Positions 31,504 to 41,527 of a stretch of DNA of 64,000 nt are shown piece after piece. Location: NCBI GenBank assembly GCA_963714975.1, contig CAVQQD010000002.1, positions 320,001 through 384,000 of the forward strand, given 5' to 3'. The position numbers and the translations under genes are program-made. How positions within the stretch are numbered: position 1 is the first letter of the stretch; each line of letters begins with the position of its first letter. This DNA comes from an uncultured Gammaproteobacteria bacterium (lineage in GTDB: Bacteria > Pseudomonadota > Gammaproteobacteria > JAURND01). Under the pieces are notes generated by a model that was not told the DNA's origin, did not search any database, and saw only the letters and a list, made by a program, of their open reading frames with translations.

Positions 31504-32284
31504 TTATGGAATCGCATCAATCAGCTGTCGAGCCAAGCTAATTTTTGATGGTAACATGGGTAGTTTGTCACGAGAGAACCATTGAGCATCTTCAATTTCT
31601 CTGGGATTTATTTGCAGAATCTCCACTTGCATATTCTGCCGTGAATCCTATCATTAAGTTACTGGGAAATGGCCAAGGTTGGGAGCCAAAATAAGCAATG
31701 TTTTTAATTTCGATTCCTACTTCTTCCCTAACCTCTCTAATGGCAGCTTCTTCGGCAGTTTCTCCAGGCTCAATAAATCCAGCCAAAACGCTGTAAATGC
31801 CAGAAGTAAAATGAGGTGAGCGAGCTAATAAAAGTTTATCATCGCGAGTAATACGAGCCATAATTACTGGAGCTACATGAGGGTAATGGTGGTGATTGCA
31901 TTGCGGACATATTTTAGCGCGTTCAACAGGACTGATGCTTGTTTTTGTTCCGCAATGGCCACAAAATTGGCTGCTTTTATCCCACCACACTAACTCTTTG
32001 GCGCGAGTCACAAGTAAAAAGAGCTCATGGTTATTTAAAAGCTCATAACATTGTCTTACAGGATATGGCTTAAAATTTTGCGAAATTACTGCTTGCGCTT
32101 CAAGTTCAGCGGTGAAGCAGTGAATTCCTTCATAAATGCCAAGGTATTGTTGATGACTAATTTTGATGGCCAGAGAATTAGGATTGATTATTCGAGGAAT
32201 CCCATGAGGGGTAGCATCGCTTTGCAATAAAATATTTTCATCCTGAAAAATAAACCAAAGAGCAGATTCTGTGAATTGGTTCAT
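31504..32284 (-). pseudogene. nudC: NADH pyrophosphatase with a +1 frameshift near the 3' end (or sequencing error)
   Basis: Zn finger, Nudix box, SQPWPFP; [17 protein letters not shown] continues in another frame after ~31619. Confidence 0.85.
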
Positions 32285-32420
32285 GAGAGTGTCCTATGTG
32301 ATAAATAATCATCTAAATTCATTAAGCAATGTTTATTCAAAAATATTAACTACTTTTGTTCGGACTTCGTACATGGAAAAATTTTAGGCCTTTCCTTCTT
32401 CGTGATTTTTTGGAGAGTAG

Positions 32421-32750
32421 CTATGTAAGAGCATTAATCTTGGCAGCACAAATAAAATCGTTTTTTGATAATCCGTTTACAGCATGAGTGGTATAACGTA
32501 CTAGACAATCCTTATATCCTAGTTCTAAATCTGGATGATGATTTTCTTGATGGGCGATCCAGGCAATTGCATTAACAAAGGCCATTGTTTCATAGAAATT
32601 TTTAAACTCAAAATTACGGAAAATGACTTGCCGTTGTTCGTCAAGTTGCCAACCGATTACTTGCGTAAGTAATTGTTTAGCTTCTGACAAAGTTAACGCA
32701 GGGTTTCCGCCTTCGCAGGGCAGACATTTTTTTTTAGCTAGATCTGGCAT
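32421..32750 (-). CDS. phhB: Pterin-4-alpha-carbinolamine dehydratase
   Basis: ENHHPDL, THAVNGLSKNDFICAAKI. Confidence 0.95.
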   Translation of the reverse strand: MPDLAKKKCLPCEGGNPALTLSEAKQLLTQVIGWQLDEQRQVIFRNFEFKNFYETMAFVNAIAWIAHQENHHPDLELGYKDCLVRYTTHAVNGLSKNDFICAAKINALT

Positions 32751-32974
32751 AAGATTCCTTAGGGATAAGCTGCCGAGTTTTGCTATTATTCATTGACTTT
32801 GGATGAAATGCAAATTTTCTTAATGCCGGACCTTAACTCCTTGTGCATCATGGCCAAGGACGGAGATTGGCTAATGCACTTCCTGATACAGGGGGTGGTA
32901 ACGATAGTGAATGTTTTATTTTAAGCTAAAACAATGCTATAAAGTGCTATTTAAGGTTCTTATTTCTGATTACT

Positions 32975-34237
32975 ATGAAAAACATCGTTATCATCGTCGA
33001 CGGCTATTCAACGGGCCGTTATCTCGCAAAAGCATTTTTAAAATATGGCTTGCTGTGCTGGCATATAGAATCTCGGGAAAAAAAGCCTGCCAATTGGAAC
33101 GGTCACTTTGTAGCAGAGGAATATCTTGGACACAGTCAGTGGCAGAATGATTTTTCTCTCATTCAGCAATCTCTACCAGAAAATACGCAAGTGGTAGCAG
33201 TGTTGGCTGGCGCAGAAACTGGTGTAGAACTAGCTGAATTCCTAGCCAATCAGTTTCATGTGGCGGGCAATCCCCCTGCAACCAGTCTGTGTCGACGCAA
33301 TAAAGCAGCTATGGCAAATGCCTTGCGTCAGGCCGGGGTGCGCACTATTGCAGATTGCGTGTTAGAAAATCCGATGCAAGCTTCAAAGTGGCTACAACAA
33401 CAGCATCATTATCCCGTGGTTGTCAAACCCATCGATAGCGTCGGCACGGACGGTTTTCACATTTGTCATGATTCTGCCCAAGCCATGACAGCAGTACAAA
33501 CGCTGTTGGGTCATGTCAATGTGCTTGGAAAAATCAATCACCAAATTCTGCTGCAAGAATATATTCAGGGAACTGAGTATATTGTCAACACCGTTTCCTT
33601 AAATGAGGAACATTTTTTCGTCGATGCCTGGCAATCGGACAAACTGGAAATTAATGGCACTCGTATTTACGATCGTGAAATACTGCTCTCACCACTGGAC
33701 CCGATTGTCAAAGATATACTCCTGCCTTATCTGCGCCAAGCACTCTCAGCCCTGGATGTTCAATACGGACCCTGCCACAGTGAACTGTTCATCGATGACA
33801 AAGGGGTGGTATTGATCGAATCTGGCGCACGGCTACACGGCTCTATTTTTCCCGATGCGGTGCGCTATGCAACGGATTGGTCCCACCTGGATGCCGTTAT
33901 TGAGCTTGTTGCTGATCCCCAACAATTTCGTCTGATCGCACAACAGCATGAAACCATGTCTTACTCAAAATTTGTGTTTTGTGTGGAGCATATTGCGCAT
34001 AAAAGTGGCAGAATATCTGGGCAGGCTATGGCGTTAATCCGGCAATTACCCTCCTGCTTCATAAGCCGATGGGGAGTTGCTGAAAATGAAGAAGTGGTTA
34101 TCACCCGCGACCTTTTTAGCAGCCCGGGAAACACCTACCTGATTCATGATAATTTGGACTGTTTGGAACGGGACTATCAGCGCCTACGTCAAATCGAGCG
34201 CGATTATTTGATCACATCATCGGATAACCATGGTTAA
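32975..34237 (+). CDS. ATP-grasp domain protein (amino acid/peptide ligase-like)
   Basis: RRNKAAM, VVKP..S.G, QEYIQG.EY, HSELF, IESGARLHG. Confidence 0.88.
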   Translation: MKNIVIIVDGYSTGRYLAKAFLKYGLLCWHIESREKKPANWNGHFVAEEYLGHSQWQNDFSLIQQSLPENTQVVAVLAGAETGVELAEFLANQFHVAGNPPATSLCRRNKAAMANALRQAGVRTIADCVLENPMQASKWLQQQHHYPVVVKPIDSVGTDGFHICHDSAQAMTAVQTLLGHVNVLGKINHQILLQEYIQGTEYIVNTVSLNEEHFFVDAWQSDKLEINGTRIYDREILLSPLDPIVKDILLPYLRQALSALDVQYGPCHSELFIDDKGVVLIESGARLHGSIFPDAVRYATDWSHLDAVIELVADPQQFRLIAQQHETMSYSKFVFCVEHIAHKSGRISGQAMALIRQLPSCFISRWGVAENEEVVITRDLFSSPGNTYLIHDNLDCLERDYQRLRQIERDYLITSSDNHG

Positions 34238-35168
34238 TTCCAGAAGAAAAATCGCTTCAGGAACACTTGGCCTAATCTTCCTGATAGCTTATGCTATTTT
34301 TGGCGGAATCAAAGACATTGTCGTTGGCCATCAAGGCGGACGTTACGACGTTTTCATGATGGTGTTTGTGGTATTCGGAATAACCACGCTGTTCTTTCAA
34401 ATACTATGGCACTCCAAACGGCAAACCACACCGGGGTTACGCCAATTGGCTCTCATTCCCGGCGCGCAGCGCGATTTGGTCTTACTCAATGTGGCCACCA
34501 TGATTGCCTGGCTTGGAACTTACAAAGGATTGGTTTTGCTTGAGCCTGCATTGGCCGTAGCATTATGGAGTGGCTTCGTGCCTATCTTGATGGCTACCGG
34601 GGACTGGTTGTTACGTGGAAGGCCACCCACTCCCGTGGATTGGGGCATAGGTGCCGGGACCATGGCAGTTAGCCTTGGCATCATGTGGCTCAGCCTAAGT
34701 GGATACAGCGCAAGGCCAGCACATGATGCGATGCTAGGCATTGCTATTTGCTTATTTTCTGCTTTGGGTATTACGTTCGTTAGCCTGTTCGCCAAACGGC
34801 TATATGATCATGGCTGCAGCGCCGTGTTCATCATGGGGAACCGGTTTTATGTATTACTCATCGTCGCATTGCTGCTGCAAGAGGATCCTACCCGTCTGAT
34901 CTCCTTTATCGCCAATGAGTGGCATTGGCTTGTACCGTTGACCGGTATTGGCGTTATTCTAAGCTTGTACTTACTGCAGGAAGGGACACGACTGTGCCAA
35001 CCGATTACTGTTGGCTTTATCGTTGCCATTTCCCCATCGGCAACTTTGTTGGCACAAGGTTTCGACCCAGAAATCCACATGCGGGCATCGTCGATTGTGG
35101 CTAATCTTCTGGTGGTTGCCATTAGCTGCATTGGCTTGTTGTGGCACTGGAAAAGGGATCTGCTGTAG
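34230..35168 (+). CDS. DMT/EamA family transporter
   Basis: ~10 TM segments, 312 aa, overlaps the upstream ligase gene. Confidence 0.75.
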   Translation: MVNSRRKIASGTLGLIFLIAYAIFGGIKDIVVGHQGGRYDVFMMVFVVFGITTLFFQILWHSKRQTTPGLRQLALIPGAQRDLVLLNVATMIAWLGTYKGLVLLEPALAVALWSGFVPILMATGDWLLRGRPPTPVDWGIGAGTMAVSLGIMWLSLSGYSARPAHDAMLGIAICLFSALGITFVSLFAKRLYDHGCSAVFIMGNRFYVLLIVALLLQEDPTRLISFIANEWHWLVPLTGIGVILSLYLLQEGTRLCQPITVGFIVAISPSATLLAQGFDPEIHMRASSIVANLLVVAISCIGLLWHWKRDLL

Positions 35169-35278
35169 TGATTTGTTCTCTAAGTTCCTGTAAAAAATTT
35201 GTGCTACCCTAGCCTAGGTTTGTAGGGTATAGAAAACGAGGGTGTCTGGAGTAAATTACTTAAATAAAAGGAGGATTT

Positions 35279-37051
35279 ATGGCAGTTCAATCGCTGGAAT
35301 TTAAATATCGGGAACAACAATCTCAAGCTTTAAAATCACAAACCACTTATGCTTTCCTGAAGCAAGCAGTAGACCAATTTGGTGATCAAGAAGCATTAAT
35401 TTTTCTACCTCCCGGCAATCTCTTGGGAGACCCCATTGTTTGGACTTATCGAAAATTATTGGCACAAGTAAATCAAACTGCGAATATGCTTTACAAAATA
35501 GGTGCCAAAGGAAAATCCATTTCCTATATATTGCCTAATACCCCAGAAGCCAGCAGTTTGTTGCTTGCCGCACAGACCATAGGAATTGCTAACCCCATTA
35601 ATCCCGCATTTACGTCTGAACAAATAGCCGATCTCATTGCTACTGCTGGTAGTGAAACTTTAGTGATCTCTGCAGTCCCTACCCCCACATGCAATCTCGA
35701 TGAAGTGCGAAATTGCTTAAAAAAAAGAGGGCATACGCTAAAAAATATTCTAATCATTGGAGGAAAAGAACAGCCTGAAGAAGGCATTTATAATTATGAG
35801 AAACTCTTGCGGCAAGCGCCCAATGATCAATTATTATTTCCACCAGAATGTAACCCCCATGCTCCGTGCATTAGGATCCATACCAGCGGTTCCACCGGTG
35901 AGCCAAAGCTGGTTGAACATACTCATGCAGCATTACTTGAAAAAGTAACTCGCGTACAAGAAAATTTTTTTCATCCAGGTACTGCTTTCCCTAATGGCTT
36001 TCCTTCATTTCATGTTGGTGGTATTGCAATATTAATGGCTGCATTAAGAGGGGGAACTAAAACGGTCATGCTGAGCCCTAGAGGATGGATGGATCCCGAT
36101 GTGGTCGCTAATTTTTGGAAAATTGCTGCTAAGTATGAGGCAGATTTTTTAATGACATTTCCCAATGTATTTAATTTTATTGCTCAAACACCCGTAGATA
36201 AAAACCTTGAATTGAAATTAACTAGGGCATTGATTTGTCGCTCTTCTGGTATATCCCAAGAAGGAGTGTGCAAATTCACCAAAGAAACCGGCATTGATAA
36301 ATTTGGCTGTTTGTATGGTAGTACCGAAAACATTATTGGCACAGTCAAATCACCAGGACTATTGAATGATTATGATATGGGTAAGGCTTTGACCGATCAG
36401 ACTACAACCGTGATGAAATTTGATAGTAAGGGAAATTGCTTAGGTTTTTGTATGCCGGGAGAAGTAGGTATTTTGTGTGAAAAACGTGAGGGTACCCGCT
36501 ACGTCAAAGAAGAATTAAATCAACAAGCTCGTACTAAAGCCCCTGATGGTAGCATTTGGTACAAAACAGATGATTGGGTAAAACAAAATAAAGATGGTTC
36601 CTTTAGTTTTGTGGGTCGGGAAGAGGACATGATTCGACACCAGGGTCAACTATTTTCGCTAACTCTGCTCGAACAAACAGCAATTCAACATCCTTTCATC
36701 AAGGAAGTTACAGCATTTTCAGTTTCTGCAAAAAATAGTCTCGATCAAAAATCCGTGCTTTGTGTGGTTTTGCAACCTAAAATAAATGCTGAAAGTGCTC
36801 TAAAAGAAATTTCCACTTGGTTAAAAGAAAAATTACCGAAGGGCTTGATTCCCAATGACGACGATATTTTTTCTTTTGTAGAGTTGCCTAAAATTGGTTC
36901 AGGTAAATACCTGAAATATAAATTAAGAGACAAATATCAACTAGGTCAAGCCAAGGATGCAATAGGGCTGTTTAAAATCCCAAAAGTGTCATCTTTCAAA
37001 CCTGACGAGAGTCGATTAAATAGCAACTTAGTTGCCGTTTCTAAATTATAG
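35279..37051 (+). CDS. AMP-binding (acyl-CoA synthetase-like) protein ending in -SKL
   Basis: HTSGSTGEPK, YGSTE, FVGREEDMI, LPKIGSGK. Confidence 0.88.
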   Translation: MAVQSLEFKYREQQSQALKSQTTYAFLKQAVDQFGDQEALIFLPPGNLLGDPIVWTYRKLLAQVNQTANMLYKIGAKGKSISYILPNTPEASSLLLAAQTIGIANPINPAFTSEQIADLIATAGSETLVISAVPTPTCNLDEVRNCLKKRGHTLKNILIIGGKEQPEEGIYNYEKLLRQAPNDQLLFPPECNPHAPCIRIHTSGSTGEPKLVEHTHAALLEKVTRVQENFFHPGTAFPNGFPSFHVGGIAILMAALRGGTKTVMLSPRGWMDPDVVANFWKIAAKYEADFLMTFPNVFNFIAQTPVDKNLELKLTRALICRSSGISQEGVCKFTKETGIDKFGCLYGSTENIIGTVKSPGLLNDYDMGKALTDQTTTVMKFDSKGNCLGFCMPGEVGILCEKREGTRYVKEELNQQARTKAPDGSIWYKTDDWVKQNKDGSFSFVGREEDMIRHQGQLFSLTLLEQTAIQHPFIKEVTAFSVSAKNSLDQKSVLCVVLQPKINAESALKEISTWLKEKLPKGLIPNDDDIFSFVELPKIGSGKYLKYKLRDKYQLGQAKDAIGLFKIPKVSSFKPDESRLNSNLVAVSKL

Positions 37052-37067
37052 TTAGGACTGAACCTCA

Positions 37068-37089
37068 ACCCTGGAAATTTTTCCGGGGT
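37068..37089. terminator. Hairpin between convergent genes
   Basis: ACCCTGGAA-ATTT-TTCCGGGGT; no clear U-tract. Confidence 0.5.
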
Positions 37090-37111
37090 GATGGCCATTA
37101 ACCGTGGTAGG

Positions 37112-37801
37112 TTATGTTGCTCTTAATTTATTTAAACTCATTATTTGAGTGCCATACTCATCAAAATTTTGAGGGGATAACCAGTGCTCGAATTTATATT
37201 TTAAATCAGGCCATTCGCTATCTATGATTGAATACCAAGCAGTATTTCGGTTTCTACCTTTAACGACATAATGTTGGCGAAATATCCCTTCAAAGGTAAA
37301 TCCCAGCCTTTCAGCGGCTTTTCTTGATCCTGAGTTTAACGCATTACACCGCCACTGATAGCGTCTGTACCCAAGCGCTTCAAAAGCTTCCTTCATCATT
37401 AGATACATGGCTTCAGTACCTGCCGCAGTTTTCTGTAACGATTTAGAATATATTATCGATCCGACTTCAATAACACCGTGATCAGTGTCAATATCGTGAA
37501 AACTTGCGATGCCTTGAAATGTATTACTCTTAAGCTCTCGTATCGTAAAGTACAATTTTCTCAAACTTGCACTTTGTAGCCACAGTCGGAAGGAGTCATA
37601 AGTTTCAAATGGTCCAAATGGCAAATACGTATAGAGTTCATCATGATCCCTAAAAGCATTAAATAATGGTTCTGCATGTTGGTTAATGTTTAATGGAAGT
37701 AGCGTGCAGAAATTACCTTTGATCTCTCTAAGAATTGGCATTTTTCTAGGTTGCCAATCTTTCACTAAATCTCCAATAATTTGACCAAATTGATTTTTCA
37801 T
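37112..37801 (-). CDS. GNAT N-acetyltransferase (RimJ/RimL type)
   Basis: GYRRYQWRCNALN, AAERLGFTFEG, GRNRNTAWYS. Confidence 0.92.
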   Translation of the reverse strand: MKNQFGQIIGDLVKDWQPRKMPILREIKGNFCTLLPLNINQHAEPLFNAFRDHDELYTYLPFGPFETYDSFRLWLQSASLRKLYFTIRELKSNTFQGIASFHDIDTDHGVIEVGSIIYSKSLQKTAAGTEAMYLMMKEAFEALGYRRYQWRCNALNSGSRKAAERLGFTFEGIFRQHYVVKGRNRNTAWYSIIDSEWPDLKYKFEHWLSPQNFDEYGTQIMSLNKLRAT

Positions 37802-37807
37802 GAATAA

Positions 37808-38249
37808 TCACCAGAAGTTTTTAAATGCGAGATCAAGGTCCTTAGTGACTTGTCGCAAGGTTTGGGAAGGCGATTGTTGCAGGTAGGGCATTTCTTTTTT
37901 CCATACTAACAACCAGTGATTCATACCAAAGCTATGGGTAAACGGTTTGTTTTCGGCATAGAGTTCTTGTTGACGCGCTAATGCTAAATTCCAAACCTTA
38001 CGTGCATTACCCGAAAACTGACTCATCGCGCGTTTTTGCGCACCATTCGGCTCAATACGGAATTTAAATGCTTGCTGGATTTTCATGCGGCTATTATATT
38101 CTGGTCTATGCCAAACTCAATACAGTAAAGAGCGAATCCAAAACGGGTAGACACTACAGTACATTGAGCAGCAACCAAAACCCAAATAATCGAAGGAGTG
38201 CCTTACATCCCCGCCATGAATGACGGGGTCTTACGGCACGATGGATAAA
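37808..38249 (-). mobile_element. tnpB: IS200/IS605 remnant: 5' part of tnpB, tnpA tail and end hairpin
   Basis: AFKFRIEPN..GNARKVWN..PSQTL..DLDLAFKNF; YIEQQ on the + strand at ~38160; hairpin 38199-38238. Confidence 0.85.
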
Positions 38250-38301
38250 CGAGAAATTACGAGAAATGAAGTATTAAGACCATGAATAACCTATTTTGGA
38301 G

Positions 38302-38569
38302 CTATCCGATGCACATATTTCCCCATGCTTTTGTGGGGTGGGCCACTAGACTTTTTGGTTAAAGCGGATTTAAACGTGCCCGATTGCGTGCCCGCGCCCG
38401 TGCCCGATATTTTTTGTCAACTTCTATCAATCATAAGTTATAATGGCGATGTTAATTAAAATGACAAAAAATTCTGATAAGGGATAAGAAGGTCGAGCAC
38501 GCAATCGGGCACGTTTAGGCCACAGAGAAGGCTGCTCTGTTATCCAATGAAGTTGTGTGCATCGGATAG
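38302..38569. mobile_element. MITE-like element with 14-bp TIRs and nested palindromes
   Basis: CTATCCGATGCACA ... TGTGCATCGGATAG; inner IR 38371-38391/38497-38517. Confidence 0.75.
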
Positions 38570-38621
38570 ATTTTGAGACTTCACGATTATTATTGAAATT
38601 TCTTACAATGGTAAAACAATT

Positions 38622-40397
38622 ATGCAAGATACGATTCAAATTACAGCAGCCACGTTATCAGATCATCCTCTCATCCAAAATATGGCGAGATTTTATGTGT
38701 ATGATATGTCGAGGCAATGTGGATTTCAATCCAAAGATTGGTCAATGCCCGAAAATGGTTTGTATCAATTTCTTCCTGATTTAAAGGCTTACTTTGAAGA
38801 TGATTCACGTCGCGCCTATCTAGTTCGAGTCAATAATGAATTAGGTGGATTTGTATTACTGAATCAAATGGTGATGGATAATAATAGTAACTGGAATATG
38901 GGTGAATTTTTTATTTTAGCTAAGTATCAAGGCAAGGGTATTGGTTGTTATGTCGCTCAAGCAATTTGGGATCAACACCCAGGAATCTGGGAAGTGACAG
39001 TGATCCCAGAAAATCAATCTGCATTAGCATTTTGGCATAAGGCCATTGGGCGTTACACGCAGCAACATTATCAATTTGAAACCAAATTGGCTCGACCTGG
39101 TCGAGATCAGCCTTATCGTGTTATTTTTACTTTTGAAACGCGATTAAAAGGTCAAGAACTACCGAAATCGAAACTGTCAACTGCTTTAGATTATGTCATT
39201 AATTATCATCCGAGAGCTCAAGACGATGCTGTCATCCGTGATGAAATCATCGAGTTCAATAAGCAAATACTTAAGGAAACTGCTAAACACTGGAGTATTT
39301 ATGTCAAAAATAAGCAGCAACTGATTATTGGTGGAGCGCTAATTTGGGAATACAGCAATGCGCTTTATATTGATGTACTTTGGGTCAACGATGCTTATCG
39401 GGGACAAGGGATTGGCCGAGAAATCCTGAAAAAGATTGAAAATAACGTCAAAAATAAAGGCTTAGCCAAACTCTATGTGGACACTTATTCTTTTCAAGCA
39501 GAAGAGTTTTATGAAAAGCAAGGCTTCTATCACATTGCCAGAATTGATGATTATTTGCTGGGGTTTGATCGATATTTTATGCGTAAGGATATGCAAGCTA
39601 TAACACCGTATCAAGACATTAACGAATCCTTATTATTTATTTCAAGTCGTCTACAGAAGATCCTAAGTGAAAAGCTTATCGGCTTGTACCTGTTTGGCTC
39701 TTTGAGTTATGGTGACTTTAATCCAAATAGTAGTGACATTGATCTCATTGTGATTATTCAACAACCTCTTAACCACACTGAACTTAAATCAGTAAAACAA
39801 TTGCATAGACAATTTAAGAAACGCAACTCCAAGTGGAGAGACAGAACAGAATGTTCTTATACACCAATTGAAATGTTTAAAAACAATTTGCCTCCCAAAG
39901 AACCTAGGCCATACTGCGGTGGGGGTATTTTTTACGATGCAGCACCTTATGGAAATGAGTGGATCATCAATAATTATTTGTTATATCAACATGGGATATC
40001 GTTGATAGGCCCTGATATTAAAAAATTAATTCATCCCATTGAAATAGTTGCAGTCCAAAAAGCATGTATCCGAGATTTGTTTCAAGAATGGGAAGTAAAG
40101 ATAGATGACTTTGAATGGCTAGATAATAGTCATTATCAATCTTATTTGATTATGAATTTATGCCGTATTTTGTATACTGTTTTTTGTGGAATTGCTGGTA
40201 CAAAAAAGGAGGCTGCTGATTGGGTAAAAAATGAATTTGGAGAACCATGGCTGAATTTAATTGATGCTGCCCTATGTTGGGAATATGGTAAAGAAATGGT
40301 TTTTAGAAAAGAGGCCAATGATTTTATCAAATTTGCTATATATAAAATTAAGCAGAATAAATTATACTCTCTTACTTATACAAATAATTCCTACTAG
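38622..40397 (+). CDS. GNAT-GNAT-aminoglycoside adenylyltransferase-like fusion protein
   Basis: YQGKGIG and YRGQGIG acetyl-CoA motifs; LYLFGSLSYGDF..SDID nucleotidyltransferase motif; NLCRILY. Confidence 0.85.
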   Translation: MQDTIQITAATLSDHPLIQNMARFYVYDMSRQCGFQSKDWSMPENGLYQFLPDLKAYFEDDSRRAYLVRVNNELGGFVLLNQMVMDNNSNWNMGEFFILAKYQGKGIGCYVAQAIWDQHPGIWEVTVIPENQSALAFWHKAIGRYTQQHYQFETKLARPGRDQPYRVIFTFETRLKGQELPKSKLSTALDYVINYHPRAQDDAVIRDEIIEFNKQILKETAKHWSIYVKNKQQLIIGGALIWEYSNALYIDVLWVNDAYRGQGIGREILKKIENNVKNKGLAKLYVDTYSFQAEEFYEKQGFYHIARIDDYLLGFDRYFMRKDMQAITPYQDINESLLFISSRLQKILSEKLIGLYLFGSLSYGDFNPNSSDIDLIVIIQQPLNHTELKSVKQLHRQFKKRNSKWRDRTECSYTPIEMFKNNLPPKEPRPYCGGGIFYDAAPYGNEWIINNYLLYQHGISLIGPDIKKLIHPIEIVAVQKACIRDLFQEWEVKIDDFEWLDNSHYQSYLIMNLCRILYTVFCGIAGTKKEAADWVKNEFGEPWLNLIDAALCWEYGKEMVFRKEANDFIKFAIYKIKQNKLYSLTYTNNSY

Positions 40398-40513
40398 TCA
40401 AATTTAGATCAAGAGATTGTTTATGAACACTCAATGTGCAGTATTTATCGCTACCAGTCTCGAGGTGTCTGGTGATGCGAGTCGTAAACCCAACATCCAT
40501 TTAGGGAGCTGAA

Positions 40514-41431
40514 TTGCAGGATTTAATAAATGCTCACGATAAAATTTTAATGGAAGGAGCTATTGTTGAGCAGTTGCGTCATGGAACATCTGCTGTTCTA
40601 CATCCAACTTTAATTCATGCCCCACTTATTTATGACCGACAGGGGCGAGGGGACCTTGCTGCCCTGTATCGCGGCTATCTTGAAACGGCGCTAAAAGCTA
40701 ATCTACCTTTTTTAATGTGTAGTCCAACCTGGCGCACCAACTTTGAAAGGGTGTTGAATTCAGGTATCACTACGAATATTAATGTAGATGCTGTGCGTTT
40801 TCTGCAAGACATCAGGAACCAATATCCCCATTTCAGCGACAGGATCAAAATTGGTGGTATGATGGGTTGTAAAGGTGACGCTTATAAGCCTGAAGAAGGA
40901 TTATCTTGTCAGGAGGCAGAAGCTTTTCATTCCTGGCAAATCAGTGAACTGGTCAAAGCGGAGCCCGATTTTATCATAGCTGAAACCTTGCCGGCACTTG
41001 AAGAAGCCAGAGGCATTGCTATTGCAATGGAAAAAACATCTATTCCTGGCATTATCAGCTTTGTCATCAACCGCAAAGGTTGTTTGCTGGATAACACGCC
41101 ACTTGCCGATGTAATTTCAGATATTGATGCGGCAACTCGAAAAAAACCCCTTGGTTATATGGTCAACTGCTCCTGGCCAGCTTTTTTAAACGCGAGAAAT
41201 CAGGATAAAAATATATTTAAAAGATTAATTGGCTTTCTTGCAAATGCATCTTCACTGGATCATTGCGTATTAGATCAGTCCTTGATCCTAGAATTGGATA
41301 GCATAACAGACTGGGCAAATGCCATGCTGGAACTGAATGAAAAACATCGTATAAAAATACTTGGAGGCTGTTGTGGAACCAACTCTGAACATTTGAAATA
41401 TATCGCCTTAAACTATCAAGCTTTAGACTAA
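40514..41431 (+). CDS. Homocysteine S-methyltransferase family protein
   Basis: GDAY, AET, YMVNC, GGCCGT Zn motif. Confidence 0.9.
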   Translation: MQDLINAHDKILMEGAIVEQLRHGTSAVLHPTLIHAPLIYDRQGRGDLAALYRGYLETALKANLPFLMCSPTWRTNFERVLNSGITTNINVDAVRFLQDIRNQYPHFSDRIKIGGMMGCKGDAYKPEEGLSCQEAEAFHSWQISELVKAEPDFIIAETLPALEEARGIAIAMEKTSIPGIISFVINRKGCLLDNTPLADVISDIDAATRKKPLGYMVNCSWPAFLNARNQDKNIFKRLIGFLANASSLDHCVLDQSLILELDSITDWANAMLELNEKHRIKILGGCCGTNSEHLKYIALNYQALD

Positions 41432-41527
41432 TTTTTCACATATAAATAATACATTTTTTTGCTTTGATGGTACAATCTTCATCAATAATGCACGTAAGAA
41501 ACACCTTAAGGTTATGAGAGCATAATT

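Noticed and set aside
37808-38086. Functional TnpB/omegaRNA system
   Set aside because: Only the N-terminal ~90 aa remain; RuvC domain and right end are absent
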